Source: an uncultured Alphaproteobacteria bacterium (lineage in GTDB: Bacteria; Pseudomonadota; Alphaproteobacteria; Rhizobiales; Beijerinckiaceae). Taken from it: a DNA stretch of 64,000 nucleotides. Below, one piece after another: positions 49,214 to 59,246 of this stretch; position 1 is the first letter of the stretch; each line of letters opens with the position of its first letter. The notes under the pieces are model-generated. The model did not search any database and had not been told where the DNA came from. It saw nothing but the letters and a program-made list of their open reading frames with translations. Both the position numbers and the translations under genes were made by a program. Location of the stretch: the NCBI GenBank assembly GCA_963755075.1, contig CAVWKL010000115.1, positions 4,563-68,562 of the forward strand, in the 5' to 3' direction.

Positions 49214-49606
49214 TCAGTTGCAATGCGGGCCCATGCAGCCGTGCGGATGGATGAAGGGGTGCGGCCCGCCAAAGCCAGGACGCGGCCCGCCAAATCCGGG
49301 ACGACCGAAGCCCGGGCCGCCGCGCCGCCAGCCATGCCAACCGAACGGGCCGCCCCAGCCAAAACCCCAATTCCAAGCGTAGCCGCACCAGTACCAGCCG
49401 GGGCCCTGCCAGCCTTCGTCGTACCAGCAGTAATTGTTGCCGCCCCAGAAGAATTGCGTCTTCTCGACCGGCGCAACTTGATGCTGCAGGACATCCGCGC
49501 CGACCCCGCTGTAGGCCATCGCGGCCTCGGCGGCGCTGGCGAGCGGGAGGGCGGCCGAAGCCATAAGCGCCGTCGAAACGCCGAGCGCGGCAAGAAGCTT
49601 GCGCAT
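49214..49606 (-). CDS. Secreted Gly/Trp-rich small protein
   Basis: GGAGG RBS, signal peptide and YCWYDEGWQGPGWYWCGYAW..G.GWGG motif. Confidence 0.75.
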   Translation of the reverse strand: MRKLLAALGVSTALMASAALPLASAAEAAMAYSGVGADVLQHQVAPVEKTQFFWGGNNYCWYDEGWQGPGWYWCGYAWNWGFGWGGPFGWHGWRRGGPGFGRPGFGGPRPGFGGPHPFIHPHGCMGPHCN

Positions 49607-50028
49607 AGGGAACCTCCACTATATCCACCACCACTATTGGCGGCTAACAGGTTATTCCATATCGGGAACGGGGTGAACCGCATGTGAACGGCGCAGGCGC
49701 GACGCCTCCCGGCGCCGACTTGACCATTGGCGTCACCGCGCCGGGTCGTTCGCGTCGGACGTCTCGGCCGCCTCCGTGGCGCGTCGAAACGAGCCGGACA
49801 AGGCAGATCGACCTTTAAGACCCGTGTTTTACCTGATATAGCATCGACGTCGCCTCGATTTCATTAGGGGCAGGCGATATTGTCGGTCGTCCGTCGGACG
49901 ATCACGCGTGGTGAGGCATATTGGAAATGGCCCGTCGTCCTAACGAAACGATTTCGTCGGCGAAGACCAAGCCAGCGCCGGTGGTTGCGCGCGCGCCGGT
50001 CGAGCCACAGAGGGGAGCAGTCAGCAAC

Positions 50029-50766
50029 ATGAAACCCACGGTCATTCTCGTCGGCGCGGACAAGGGCGGGGTCGGCAAGACGACCGTGGCTCGCGCGGTC
50101 GCCGATTACTTGGTCGGCAAGAACGTTGCAATGCGCGCCTTCGACACCGAGGTTCCGCGCGGGACTCTGACGCGGTTCCACAGCGACATCACCGAGATGG
50201 TCGATATCGGCTCGACGGCCGATCAAATGCGCATTCTCGACACGCTGAACACCGCGCAGGTCGCGGTGTCGCTGATCGATACCCGCGCCGGCGCGCTCGC
50301 CCAGACGTTGCGCGTTCTGCGCGACATCGGCTTTCTCGAGGCCGTGCGGGAGGGGCAATTCAATTTCATCATGATGCACGTGCTCGGCGCTTCGATTTCG
50401 TCGCTGGAGGAAATCGCCGAAACCGCGCCCTTCGTCGCCAACGCTCATTATTTCCTGGTGAAGAACTACGTGAACGAAACGACGTTCTTCGAATGGGACC
50501 CCGAGACCTACATGAGCTACTTCGCCAAGACGCGCAGCGGGGACGAAATTACGATCCCCAAACTGAGCGAAATGGCTTACGAGCAGGTGGAAATTGCCGG
50601 GTCGCCGTTTTCCGCCTTCATCGCCAACAAGACCGCCGACGGTCGGCCCGCCGCGCACTCCTTCGTCTTGCGCGGATACGTGCGCACCTGGCAGCGCAAG
50701 GTTGCCGACGAGTTCGATCGCATCGGCCTTCTCGATCTGATTATGGACGCGCCGCACAAGAGCTGA
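50029..50766 (+). CDS. ParA/MinD-like (SIMIBI) P-loop ATPase
   Basis: ADKGGVGKTT deviant Walker A, AFDTE and LIDTRAG. Alternative start 49927. Confidence 0.8.
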   Translation: MKPTVILVGADKGGVGKTTVARAVADYLVGKNVAMRAFDTEVPRGTLTRFHSDITEMVDIGSTADQMRILDTLNTAQVAVSLIDTRAGALAQTLRVLRDIGFLEAVREGQFNFIMMHVLGASISSLEEIAETAPFVANAHYFLVKNYVNETTFFEWDPETYMSYFAKTRSGDEITIPKLSEMAYEQVEIAGSPFSAFIANKTADGRPAAHSFVLRGYVRTWQRKVADEFDRIGLLDLIMDAPHKS

Positions 50767-50794
50767 GAGCGTCGATAGGTGGGCGGTCGCGGCC

Positions 50795-51505
50795 ATGGCG
50801 CAAACGACCAGGGTCTATTTCTCTTGCTCGCCCAACAAACGTAGCGGTTCAACGACGACGGCGCGCCTGCTCCTCGACTATTTTCTCGCCAGAAATCCTG
50901 GCGCGCTCGGGTTCGACACGGATCCTCACGATCCGGACTTCGCCATACGGTTCCCTGACGTCGTGAGGGTCGTCGACCCGGCGAAGATCCAGGGCCAGAT
51001 CGCCATGTTCGACCGGCTGCTCGTTCATGACGAGACGCCGAAGGTCGTCGACGTCCAGCACCGTTGCTATGACAGTTTCTTCGAAACGATCGGGCAGATC
51101 GGATTCATGGAGGAGGCGCGACGATCGATGGTGCAGCCGGTGGCGCTGTTCCATCTCGACGCGAGCCCCGACTCGCTCGATGCCGCCGGCGCGCTCGCCG
51201 CACGTTGGCCGAATCTGCGTTTCGCCGTGGTTCGAAACAAGGGGGCGGCGCCGTTCGGCCCCGACGTGCGCGACATTCTCGATCGGTTCCCCCACGCCGA
51301 GCGCATCGTGATCGGCGCGGCCGACGCGCAGACCTGGCAGGCTTTCGAGGCTCGGGACTTCTCGCTGCCGGGCGCCCTCAAAGCGCCGCCGGCGAGCTTG
51401 CCGATGGCGACGCTCATAAGCTTGCGGGCTTGGCTGACGCCGATTTTCCGCCAATTCCAGCTCTTCGAACTGGGGGCCTCGCTGGAAGATTCGCAGTTTC
51501 TTTGA
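50795..51505 (+). CDS. Degenerate ParA-like P-loop protein, paralogue of the upstream gene
   Basis: SPNKRSGSTTTARLLLDY parallels KGGVGKTTVARAVADY. GFDTDP, QIAMFDRL, VVDV and IGFMEEAR mirror the upstream protein. Confidence 0.7.
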   Translation: MAQTTRVYFSCSPNKRSGSTTTARLLLDYFLARNPGALGFDTDPHDPDFAIRFPDVVRVVDPAKIQGQIAMFDRLLVHDETPKVVDVQHRCYDSFFETIGQIGFMEEARRSMVQPVALFHLDASPDSLDAAGALAARWPNLRFAVVRNKGAAPFGPDVRDILDRFPHAERIVIGAADAQTWQAFEARDFSLPGALKAPPASLPMATLISLRAWLTPIFRQFQLFELGASLEDSQFL

Positions 51506-51714
51506 TCGCGGCGGGAGGCCGCCCCATCACGACGAAGGTCGCCACGGTCCATGGCGGAGCGCGCGTCGGCGCAAATCGGGTTGGCGCTGCGGCGGATTTT
51601 GCGCGAGACTGTCGCGTCGCTGGAAACGAGTCGCGGCGCGGACGAGGCGCGGTCGCGGCCTCCGCCTCGGCGGGGCGGGTTCGGGCGAGCGTGGCGGGAG
51701 GGCGCTGGCGTTCC

Positions 51715-52266
51715 ATGAACAGTTCGCGACTTCTCGCCAATCTGCCCAATCTGATCACCCTCTCGCGCCTGTTGATGACGCCGCTGGCGGTGTCGATGAT
51801 CATCGCGCAGCGCTTTGTCGCAGCGTTCATAATCTTCGTCGTGGCCGGGATGTCCGACGCGGTCGACGGCTTCATCGCCAAGCGCTTCGACTTGCGCTCG
51901 GAGCTCGGCTCCTATCTCGATCCGCTGGCCGACAAGGCGCTGCTGATCTCGATGTACGTCGCGCTGGCGGCGATCGGCGCGCTGTCGCCGGCGCTCGCCG
52001 TTCTCGTCGTCTCGCGCGATCTGATGATCTTGTTCGCGGTGCTCGTCTCCTGGCTGCTGCTCAATCCCGTGGCGATCCGCCCGGTCTGGATCTCGAAGTT
52101 CAACACCGCCGCGCAGATCGCCTTCGCCGCTTTCGTGCTCGGCTCCAAAGCCTTTGGATATGATGAGCCGGCCGTGCAGTCGGGACTCGGGCTCATCGTC
52201 GCCGCCTCGACGTTGGGCTCGGGAGGCGTTTATATCATGCAATGGCTCGATCACATGAGCCGCTGA
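51715..52266 (+). CDS. CDP-alcohol phosphatidyltransferase family protein
   Basis: NLPNLITLSR and SDAVDGFIAKR...LG..LDPLADK signature. Confidence 0.9.
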   Translation: MNSSRLLANLPNLITLSRLLMTPLAVSMIIAQRFVAAFIIFVVAGMSDAVDGFIAKRFDLRSELGSYLDPLADKALLISMYVALAAIGALSPALAVLVVSRDLMILFAVLVSWLLLNPVAIRPVWISKFNTAAQIAFAAFVLGSKAFGYDEPAVQSGLGLIVAASTLGSGGVYIMQWLDHMSR

Positions 52267-52275
52267 GGCCGCCCC

Positions 52276-52689
52276 GTGACCCAAAGCCTGGCCGCCGTCG
52301 CCATCGTCGTTCCCGACTACGATCCGGCGATCGCGTGGTTTCGCGACGCGCTCGGCTTCGAGCTTCTGGTCGACGCGCCGATGGGCCCCGACAAGCGCTG
52401 GGTCGTCGTCGCGCCGCGCGGCGGGGCGGGCGCGCGAATCGTCGTGGCCAAGGCGAGCGACGAACGCCAGCGCGCGGCGATCGGGGCGGGCGCCGGCGGC
52501 CGCGTCGCCTATTTCCTCGAAACCGACGATTTCGGACGCGATCACGCCGAGATGCGCCGGCGCGGCGTGCGCTTTCTCGAGGCGCCGCGCCGCGAGGCCT
52601 ATGGAATCGTCGCCGTGTTCGCCGACCCCTGGGGCGGCAGGTGGGACCTGCTGCAACCGGCGCGGGCGGGCGAGGGAACGGCGCCATGA
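52276..52689 (+). CDS. VOC family protein
   Basis: VPDYDPAIAWF..LGF, KRWVVV and PRREAYGIVAVFADPWG. Confidence 0.88.
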   Translation: MTQSLAAVAIVVPDYDPAIAWFRDALGFELLVDAPMGPDKRWVVVAPRGGAGARIVVAKASDERQRAAIGAGAGGRVAYFLETDDFGRDHAEMRRRGVRFLEAPRREAYGIVAVFADPWGGRWDLLQPARAGEGTAP

Positions 52690-53798
52690 GCCTCGAACGC
52701 CAAATCCTCATATGGGCGGTCGCGCTCGCGGCGTTCCTGTACGTGTTGCATATCCTCGGGTCGTTGGTGACGCCGTTCGCCACCGGCATCGCGCTCGGCT
52801 ATCTCCTCGACCCCATCGTGCGCCGCCTCGAACGGATCGGCCTCAACCGGCTGGCCGCTTCGCTGCTGATCCTGGGCGCGTTCGTCTTCGTCGTTGTCGC
52901 CCTTCTCGTCCTCGTCGCGCCGATTCTGGGCAATCAATTGGTCGGATTCACCCAAAACTTGCCGGGTTACGTCGTGCGGCTGCAAGCCCTCGCCGTCGAC
53001 GAAGGCAATTCGCTGGTGGCGCGGTATGGCGGGGCGTGGCGCGATTCCCTCGGGCTCGGCAATTCCCTTTCGACGGAACAGATTCAAAAGTCGATCGGCG
53101 ATTTCGTCACCCAAGGGGCGCAATGGCTGCTCAACGCGGTGCAATCGATCGCATCCGGCGGCGCAGCGGTTGTCAGTTTCTTCTCGTTCCTCGTCGTCAT
53201 GCCGGTCGTCGCCTTTTATATTCTCGTCGACTGGAACAAGATGACGGCGACGCTCGACAGCTGGCTGCCGCTCGACCATCGCGACGCTTTGCGCGCCATC
53301 GCTTCCGAAATCAACGACGCGCTCGCCGGCTTTATCCGCGGCCAGTCGCTGGTCTGTCTGTTCGACGGCCTGTGGTACGGAATTGGGCTGACGCTGATCG
53401 GCCTCGACTTCGGCTTTCTCATCGGCGTGATCGCGGGCCTCCTGAGCTTCATTCCCTATGTGGGATCGCTGACCGCGCTGATCCTGTCGCTCGGCGTCGC
53501 CCTCGTCCAGGGTTGGCCGAGCGTCAAGCTCCTCGTCCTCGCCCTCGCCGTCGTCAGCGCCGGGCTTTTTCTCGAAGCCAACGTCCTCGCGCCCAAACTC
53601 GTGGGCCGGTCCATCGGCCTGCATCCGGTCTGGCTGATGTTCGCATTGTTCGTGTTTGGCGGCCTCTACGGCTTCACCGGCCTCCTTATCGCGGTTCCGA
53701 CGGCGGCCGCGCTCGGGGTGCTCGCGCGTCACCTGATCAGCCTTTATCTCAAGAGCCCGCTCTATCGGGGCGCCGCCAGCGCAAGGTTCGAGCCGTGA
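52686..53798 (+). CDS. AI-2E (PerM) family transporter
   Basis: YLLDPIV, GFIRGQ, SFIPYVG, PKLVG.SIGLHPVW and GLLIAVP. Confidence 0.92.
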   Translation: MSLERQILIWAVALAAFLYVLHILGSLVTPFATGIALGYLLDPIVRRLERIGLNRLAASLLILGAFVFVVVALLVLVAPILGNQLVGFTQNLPGYVVRLQALAVDEGNSLVARYGGAWRDSLGLGNSLSTEQIQKSIGDFVTQGAQWLLNAVQSIASGGAAVVSFFSFLVVMPVVAFYILVDWNKMTATLDSWLPLDHRDALRAIASEINDALAGFIRGQSLVCLFDGLWYGIGLTLIGLDFGFLIGVIAGLLSFIPYVGSLTALILSLGVALVQGWPSVKLLVLALAVVSAGLFLEANVLAPKLVGRSIGLHPVWLMFALFVFGGLYGFTGLLIAVPTAAALGVLARHLISLYLKSPLYRGAASARFEP

Positions 53799-54478
53799 GC
53801 GGGCCGGCGCGGCAACTGACGCTTGATTGGCCCCACGACCCCAGCTACGCGCGTGAGGACTTTCTCGAGGCGCCGGGGAACGCCGAGGCGTTGCGCGCGA
53901 TTGTGTCCTGGCCGAATTGGGCGAGCCGAATGTTGATGCTGGTCGGGCCGAGCGGCTCTGGAAAGAGCCATCTCGGCGCGATCTGGGCGCAAGCGGCGGC
54001 GGCGCGCATCGTCCCCGGCGAGGCCCTGTCCCGTGCGCCGCTGATCGAGCTCGCCGAAGCCAAGGCCCTGCTGATCGACGACGCCGATCGCATCGGCGCT
54101 GGAGAGGCCGCGCTGTTCCACCTGATGAACCTGGCCCGCGAGAGCGGCGCATACGTCCTCATCGCCGCGCGCGCCCCGCCGGACGGCTGGGGTTTGAAAA
54201 CGGCCGATCTCGTCTCCCGACTTCGCCTGGCGCCAATCGTTTCGCTCGGCGCGCCCGATCTCGACCTGACCAAGGCCGTCCTGGTCAAGCTGTTCAGCGA
54301 TCGCCAGCTCGCCGTTGATCCGGCGGTTGTCGGCTACGTCGCGCTCCGCATCGAGCGTTCGCTCGGCGCGGCGCGCGCCATCGTCGCCGCGCTCGACCGC
54401 GAGGCCTTGGCGCGCGGCAAGCCGGTGACCCGCGCAATGGCGGCGGAATATTTGCGCGACGAGCCGCCCACCGGCTAA
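53795..54478 (+). CDS. hdaA: DnaA regulatory inactivator Hda/HdaA
   Basis: N-terminal QLTLD clamp-binding motif, GPSGSGKSHL, LFHLMN, DLVSRL and F.DRQL. Confidence 0.85.
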   Translation: MSGPARQLTLDWPHDPSYAREDFLEAPGNAEALRAIVSWPNWASRMLMLVGPSGSGKSHLGAIWAQAAAARIVPGEALSRAPLIELAEAKALLIDDADRIGAGEAALFHLMNLARESGAYVLIAARAPPDGWGLKTADLVSRLRLAPIVSLGAPDLDLTKAVLVKLFSDRQLAVDPAVVGYVALRIERSLGAARAIVAALDREALARGKPVTRAMAAEYLRDEPPTG

Positions 54479-54508
54479 AAACGCCTTAACTCCGTCACAA
54501 TATTAGTG

Positions 54509-54552
54509 TTCGTCAATATTGCGTTGCATTGTTATTCGCCAATATTGCGTTG
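54509..54552. promoter_or_regulatory. 18-bp direct repeat, putative transcription-factor sites
   Basis: TTCGTCAATATTGCGTTG (54509-54526) and TTCGCCAATATTGCGTTG (54535-54552); a third CAATATT at 54498. Confidence 0.5.
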
Positions 54553-54637
54553 TCGGGGCGTTCGCGCTCGACGACTGACAGCCGCGAGGGCCCCGGCCGA
54601 ACCCAATAAAGACAAAAATACGGGAGAGGAGGCAGGC

Positions 54638-54877
54638 GTGCTCAGGCCATTCCTATTATCCCTCGTTCTGGTGGGGCTCGGCGCGAGCGGTCTCGGCGCC
54701 GATCAACCGGCCTCCGACGTGTCGACTTGGCGGTGGAGCGTCAGCACGATCCTCGACGCACAGCGCGTGTCGGCCTCGGCGGAAGGCGTCGTGCCCGCCA
54801 AATCGTTCGGTCAGCGTTACGAACGCTATTCCCCGTCGGGATTGCCCGAGGTTTCCACGGAGGCGAACCCGCGCTGA
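54638..54877 (+). CDS. Small putative secreted protein (79 aa)
   Basis: AGGAGG RBS before GTG; hydrophobic signal-like N-terminus. Confidence 0.55.
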   Translation: MLRPFLLSLVLVGLGASGLGADQPASDVSTWRWSVSTILDAQRVSASAEGVVPAKSFGQRYERYSPSGLPEVSTEANPR

Positions 54878-55149
54878 ACGCCGGGCGACGGGGGTCGCGG
54901 CGGCGTTCGACGTCGACGCGCCGCGCCCCTGCCGTCCACCGGCGGCTTTCGCGGGCTTCGGTCCGCAGGGAGGGGCGCCGCCTGACGGCAAGGCTTGGAA
55001 ATGCTCGAGAGCCGGGCGTCCGCTTGAAATCGGCGCGCCGACGGCGCCGGTGAGCGCATCGTGTTGTCGATCGTCGTTTGTGCAATTTATGCGCGCTCTT
55101 GCGGGCGCCGCGCCGTTTCTGCACAGTGGGCGTAAAGGATTTCTCGCCC

Positions 55150-57237
55150 ATGAATGCGCCCCTCGACGTCGTCAGGCGTCCTTCGGTCTGCCCGCACGAC
55201 TGCCCCTCGGTCTGCGCTCTCGACGTCGAAGTGATCGGCGGCGAACGGATCGGGCGCATCCACGGCGCGCCGGATCAGAGCTACACCGCCGGGATCGTCT
55301 GCGCCAAGGTCGCCCGATACGCCGAGCGCATCCATCACAAGGATCGGCTGACCCAGCCGCTGCGCCGGGTCGGGCCGAAGGGTTCGCGTCAGTTCGAGCC
55401 GATCGCCTGGGACGACGCGCTCGACATCGTCGCCGAAAACTTTCTCGGCGCCGAGCGCCGGTTCGGCGCGGAAAGCGTCTGGCCCTATTTTTACGCCGGC
55501 ACGATGGGGCTTGTCATGCGCGACGGGCTCGAGCGCCTGACCCACGCCAAACGCTACTCGCGCTTCTTCGGTTCGATCTGCGTCGCCATCGCCTGGCCCG
55601 GCTTCCTCGCCGGGACGGGGCGCATGGCCGGCGTCGATCCGCGCGAAATGGCCAAGTCCGACTGTATCGTCATCTGGGGGACAAACGCCGTCGCCACGCA
55701 GGTCAACGTGATGACTCACGCGATGCGGGCGCGAAAGGAGCGCGGCGCGAAGATCGTCGCCATCGACGTCTACGACACCGAGACGATGCGGCAGGCCGAT
55801 CTGGCGCTTCGCCTTCGGCCCGGCACGGACGGCGCCCTGGCCTGCGCGGTCATGCACGTCCTCTTCCGCGACGGCGCCGCCGATCGCGACTATCTTGAAC
55901 GCTATGCCGACGCGCCGCGGGAGTTGGAGGCCCATCTGCAAAGGCGCGATCCGGGCTGGGCGAGCGCGATCACCGGCCTCAGCGTCGAATCCATCGAAGG
56001 CTTCGCGGCGCTGGTCGGGCGCACGAAACGCGCCTTTTTTCGTCTCGGCTATGGCTTCTCGCGCCAGCGCAACGGCGCAGCGAACATGCACGCCGCCTTG
56101 TGCGTGCCCGTCGTCACCGGCGCCTGGGCCCACGAGGGCGGGGGCGCCTTTCACTCCAACAGCGGCATCTTCAAACTCGACAAGACCTTGATCGAAGGGC
56201 TCGACGCGCGCGATGAGACCGTGCGGCGCCTCGACCAATCGCGCGTCGGCGCGGCGCTGACCGGCGAAGCGCAGGCGCTCAAGGACGGCGGCCCGGTCAA
56301 GGCGATGCTGATCCAGAACACCAATCCGATCGCCGTCGCGCCCGATCAGGAGAAAGTGCGCAAGGGCTTCGCGCGCGACGATTTGTTCGTCTGCGTGCAC
56401 GAACAGTTCCTGACCGACACGGCGCGCTACGCCGACATCGTGCTGCCGGCGACGATGTTTCTCGAGCACGACGACCTCTACACCGGCGGCGGACACCAAT
56501 ATCTGCAGTTCGGACCGAAGACGATCGAGCCGCCGGAGGGCTGCCGCTCCAACCACGAAGTGGTCGTCGCGCTCGCCCATCGGCTCGGCGCGCGTCACCC
56601 GGGGTTCGCCATGACGCCGCGCGAGATCATCGACTGGACCTTGCGCGCCTCGGGCCGCGGCTCGCTCGCCGAACTCGAGGAAAAGAAATGGCTCGACTGC
56701 CAGCCGCCGTTCGAAGAGGCGCACTATCTCAAGGGGTTCGCCTATCCCGACGGCAAGTTTCGTCTGCGCGCCGACTGGGCCTCCACGCCCTTCTCCGGCG
56801 ACGGCCTCAAGGGGCCGTGGCGCGAGATGCCGACCCTGCCCGACCATTGGCCGGTCAACGAGGCCGCCGATGAGGCGCATCCGTTCAAGCTCGCAACCTC
56901 GCCGGCGCGCAATTTTCTCAATTCGAGCTTCACCGAGACGCCCTCCTCGCTCGCTCGCGAGCGGCGGCCGACCGCGCTGATGAACCCGGACGACGCGGCC
57001 GCGCTGGGCTTGAGCGAGGGCGACATCGTGCGCCTGGGCAATGCGCGGGGCGAGACGCGCGTGCACGTGCGTCTATCCGCCGGCGTCTCGCGCGGCCTCA
57101 TCGTCAGCGAGGGCGTCTGGCCCCCGTCGGCCTTTCTCGACGGGCGCGGCGTCAACGCGCTGACCGGCGACGACAGCGTCGCGCCGTTCGGCGGCGCGGC
57201 GTTTCACGACGCGCGCGTCTGGGCGCGCGAGGGATAG
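55150..57237 (+). CDS. Bis-MGD molybdopterin oxidoreductase family protein
   Basis: CPHDCPSVC..VCAK Fe-S motif, RLTQPLRR, IWGTN, TDTARYADIVLPA and FLNSSF, plus a C-terminal molydop-binding domain. Confidence 0.9.
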   Translation: MNAPLDVVRRPSVCPHDCPSVCALDVEVIGGERIGRIHGAPDQSYTAGIVCAKVARYAERIHHKDRLTQPLRRVGPKGSRQFEPIAWDDALDIVAENFLGAERRFGAESVWPYFYAGTMGLVMRDGLERLTHAKRYSRFFGSICVAIAWPGFLAGTGRMAGVDPREMAKSDCIVIWGTNAVATQVNVMTHAMRARKERGAKIVAIDVYDTETMRQADLALRLRPGTDGALACAVMHVLFRDGAADRDYLERYADAPRELEAHLQRRDPGWASAITGLSVESIEGFAALVGRTKRAFFRLGYGFSRQRNGAANMHAALCVPVVTGAWAHEGGGAFHSNSGIFKLDKTLIEGLDARDETVRRLDQSRVGAALTGEAQALKDGGPVKAMLIQNTNPIAVAPDQEKVRKGFARDDLFVCVHEQFLTDTARYADIVLPATMFLEHDDLYTGGGHQYLQFGPKTIEPPEGCRSNHEVVVALAHRLGARHPGFAMTPREIIDWTLRASGRGSLAELEEKKWLDCQPPFEEAHYLKGFAYPDGKFRLRADWASTPFSGDGLKGPWREMPTLPDHWPVNEAADEAHPFKLATSPARNFLNSSFTETPSSLARERRPTALMNPDDAAALGLSEGDIVRLGNARGETRVHVRLSAGVSRGLIVSEGVWPPSAFLDGRGVNALTGDDSVAPFGGAAFHDARVWAREG

Positions 57238-57330
57238 GGCGCCGCGCTCTTTATTTGCCTCGCCGACCGGGCTATAGGACGCGCCGACGAAAGATTCGAC
57301 ATCTCCGGTCCGGGGCGTCAGCAAGTGCCA

Positions 57331-57828
57331 ATGAAGAAGCCGTCAGACAAGTCGCTCGGCGAGTCCGAGACCGGAGCCTTTGATCTCTCCATCGTCGCCG
57401 AACTCGCCAAGATCGCCGGGCGCCACGATCTGAGCGAAGTCGAGGTCGAACACGGCGGGCTGCGCGTGCGCGTCGCGCGCGAGCGCCGCGCCTCGGTCGC
57501 GCTCTCCCACGTCGTCGCCGCGCCGGCCCCCGCCCCGGCCGCCCCGGCGCCTGCGCCGCCGGTCGAAGCCGCGGTCGTCGAGCCGGCCGAACTCGCCGGC
57601 GCGGTGAAGTCGCCGATGGTCGGCACCGCCTATCTCAGGCCAAACCCCGAGGCCAAGCCCTTCGTCGAGGTCGGCTCGACGGTGAAGAGCGGCGACAAAA
57701 TCCTGCTTGTCGAGGCGATGAAGACGTTCAACGAGATCGTCGCCCCGCGCGCGGGAAAAGTGACGCATGTTCTCGTTGAGGACGGCGCGCCGGTCGAATA
57801 CGGCCAGGCGCTGATGGTCATCGAATGA
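57331..57828 (+). CDS. accB: Acetyl-CoA carboxylase biotin carboxyl carrier protein
   Basis: Ala/Pro linker, VKSPMVGTAY and EAMKTFNEI. Confidence 0.96.
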   Translation: MKKPSDKSLGESETGAFDLSIVAELAKIAGRHDLSEVEVEHGGLRVRVARERRASVALSHVVAAPAPAPAAPAPAPPVEAAVVEPAELAGAVKSPMVGTAYLRPNPEAKPFVEVGSTVKSGDKILLVEAMKTFNEIVAPRAGKVTHVLVEDGAPVEYGQALMVIE

Positions 57829-57879
57829 GTTTGGCGTCGCGCGCACGCGTGCGTCGCTCGCCGCGAGGAGCCGCCCGGC

Positions 57880-59235
57880 ATGTTCGATAAGATCCTCATC
57901 GCCAACCGTGGCGAAATCGCGCTGAGGGTCCTGCGGGCGGCCAAGGAGCTCGGCATCGCCACTGTCGCGGTCTATTCGACCGCCGACAAGGAGGCGATGC
58001 ACGTCAAGCTCGCCGACGAGAGCGTTTGCATCGGCCCGCCGCCGGCCCGCGACAGCTATCTCAACGTGCCGGCCCTGCTTGCGGCTTGCGAGATCACCGG
58101 CGCCGACGCGGTGCATCCGGGCTACGGCTTCCTCGCCGAAAACGCCCGTTTCGCCGAAATCCTCGCCGAGCATCACATCGCCTTCATCGGTCCCAAGGCC
58201 GAACACATCCGTCTGATGGGCGACAAGATCGAGGCCAAGCGCACCGCGACGCGGCTCGGCATCCCCTGCGTGCCGGGGTCGAAGGGCGCGGTGAGCGACG
58301 AGGCGGAGGCGCTCAAGATCGCCGCCGAGATCGGCTATCCCGTCATCGTCAAGGCGGCGGCGGGCGGCGGCGGGCGCGGCATGAAAGTCGCCCGCGCCGC
58401 CGACGAACTCGTCAACGCCATCGCCAACGCCAAAATCGAGGCGAAGGCCGCCTTCGGCGACGACGCGGTCTATCTGGAGAAGTATCTGGCGAAGCCGCGC
58501 CACATCGAGGTCCAGGTGCTCGGCGACGGCAATGGCCGCGCGATTCATCTCGGCGAACGCGACTGCTCGCTGCAGCGCCGCCATCAGAAGGTGTGGGAGG
58601 AAGGCCCCTCGCCCGCGCTCAATGCGACGCAGCGCGAAGACATCGGCGGCGTCGTCGCGCGGGCGATGGCCGAACTCGGCTACGTCGGCGTCGGGACGAT
58701 CGAATTTCTTTACGAGGACGGCAAGTTCTGCTTCATCGAAATGAACACCCGCATCCAGGTCGAACATCCCGTCACCGAGATGATCACCGGCATCGACCTG
58801 ATTAACGAGCAAATCAAGATCGCCGCCGGCTCGCCCCTGACGATCATGCAGGAGGACGTGCGCATTCAGGGCGCCGCGATCGAATGCCGCGTCAACGCCG
58901 AGCACGCCCGCACCTTCACGCCTTCGCCGGGCCGCATCAGCTATTTCCACCCGCCGGGCGGCCTCGGGGTGCGCGTCGATTCGGCGGCTTATCAAGGCTA
59001 CGTCATTCCGCCCTACTACGATTCTCTCATTGGCAAGCTCATCGTCCACGGCCGCACCCGAACCGAGGCGCTGATGCGCCTGCGCCGCGCGCTCGACGAA
59101 TTCATCATCGACGGCGTCGAGACCACCCTGCCGCTGTACCGCGCCCTGGTGCGCAACACCGACGTGCAAAACGGCCAATACGACGTTCACTGGCTGGAAG
59201 AGTTCTTGAAGGACGAGGTGATCGCCGAGGGCTAG
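57880..59235 (+). CDS. accC: Acetyl-CoA carboxylase biotin carboxylase
   Basis: KILIANRGEIA, HPGYGFL, GGGGRGM, ERDCSLQRRHQK, EMNTRIQVEHPVTE and YYDSLIGKLI. Confidence 0.97.
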   Translation: MFDKILIANRGEIALRVLRAAKELGIATVAVYSTADKEAMHVKLADESVCIGPPPARDSYLNVPALLAACEITGADAVHPGYGFLAENARFAEILAEHHIAFIGPKAEHIRLMGDKIEAKRTATRLGIPCVPGSKGAVSDEAEALKIAAEIGYPVIVKAAAGGGGRGMKVARAADELVNAIANAKIEAKAAFGDDAVYLEKYLAKPRHIEVQVLGDGNGRAIHLGERDCSLQRRHQKVWEEGPSPALNATQREDIGGVVARAMAELGYVGVGTIEFLYEDGKFCFIEMNTRIQVEHPVTEMITGIDLINEQIKIAAGSPLTIMQEDVRIQGAAIECRVNAEHARTFTPSPGRISYFHPPGGLGVRVDSAAYQGYVIPPYYDSLIGKLIVHGRTRTEALMRLRRALDEFIIDGVETTLPLYRALVRNTDVQNGQYDVHWLEEFLKDEVIAEG

Positions 59236-59246
59236 GCGGCGTCCCG

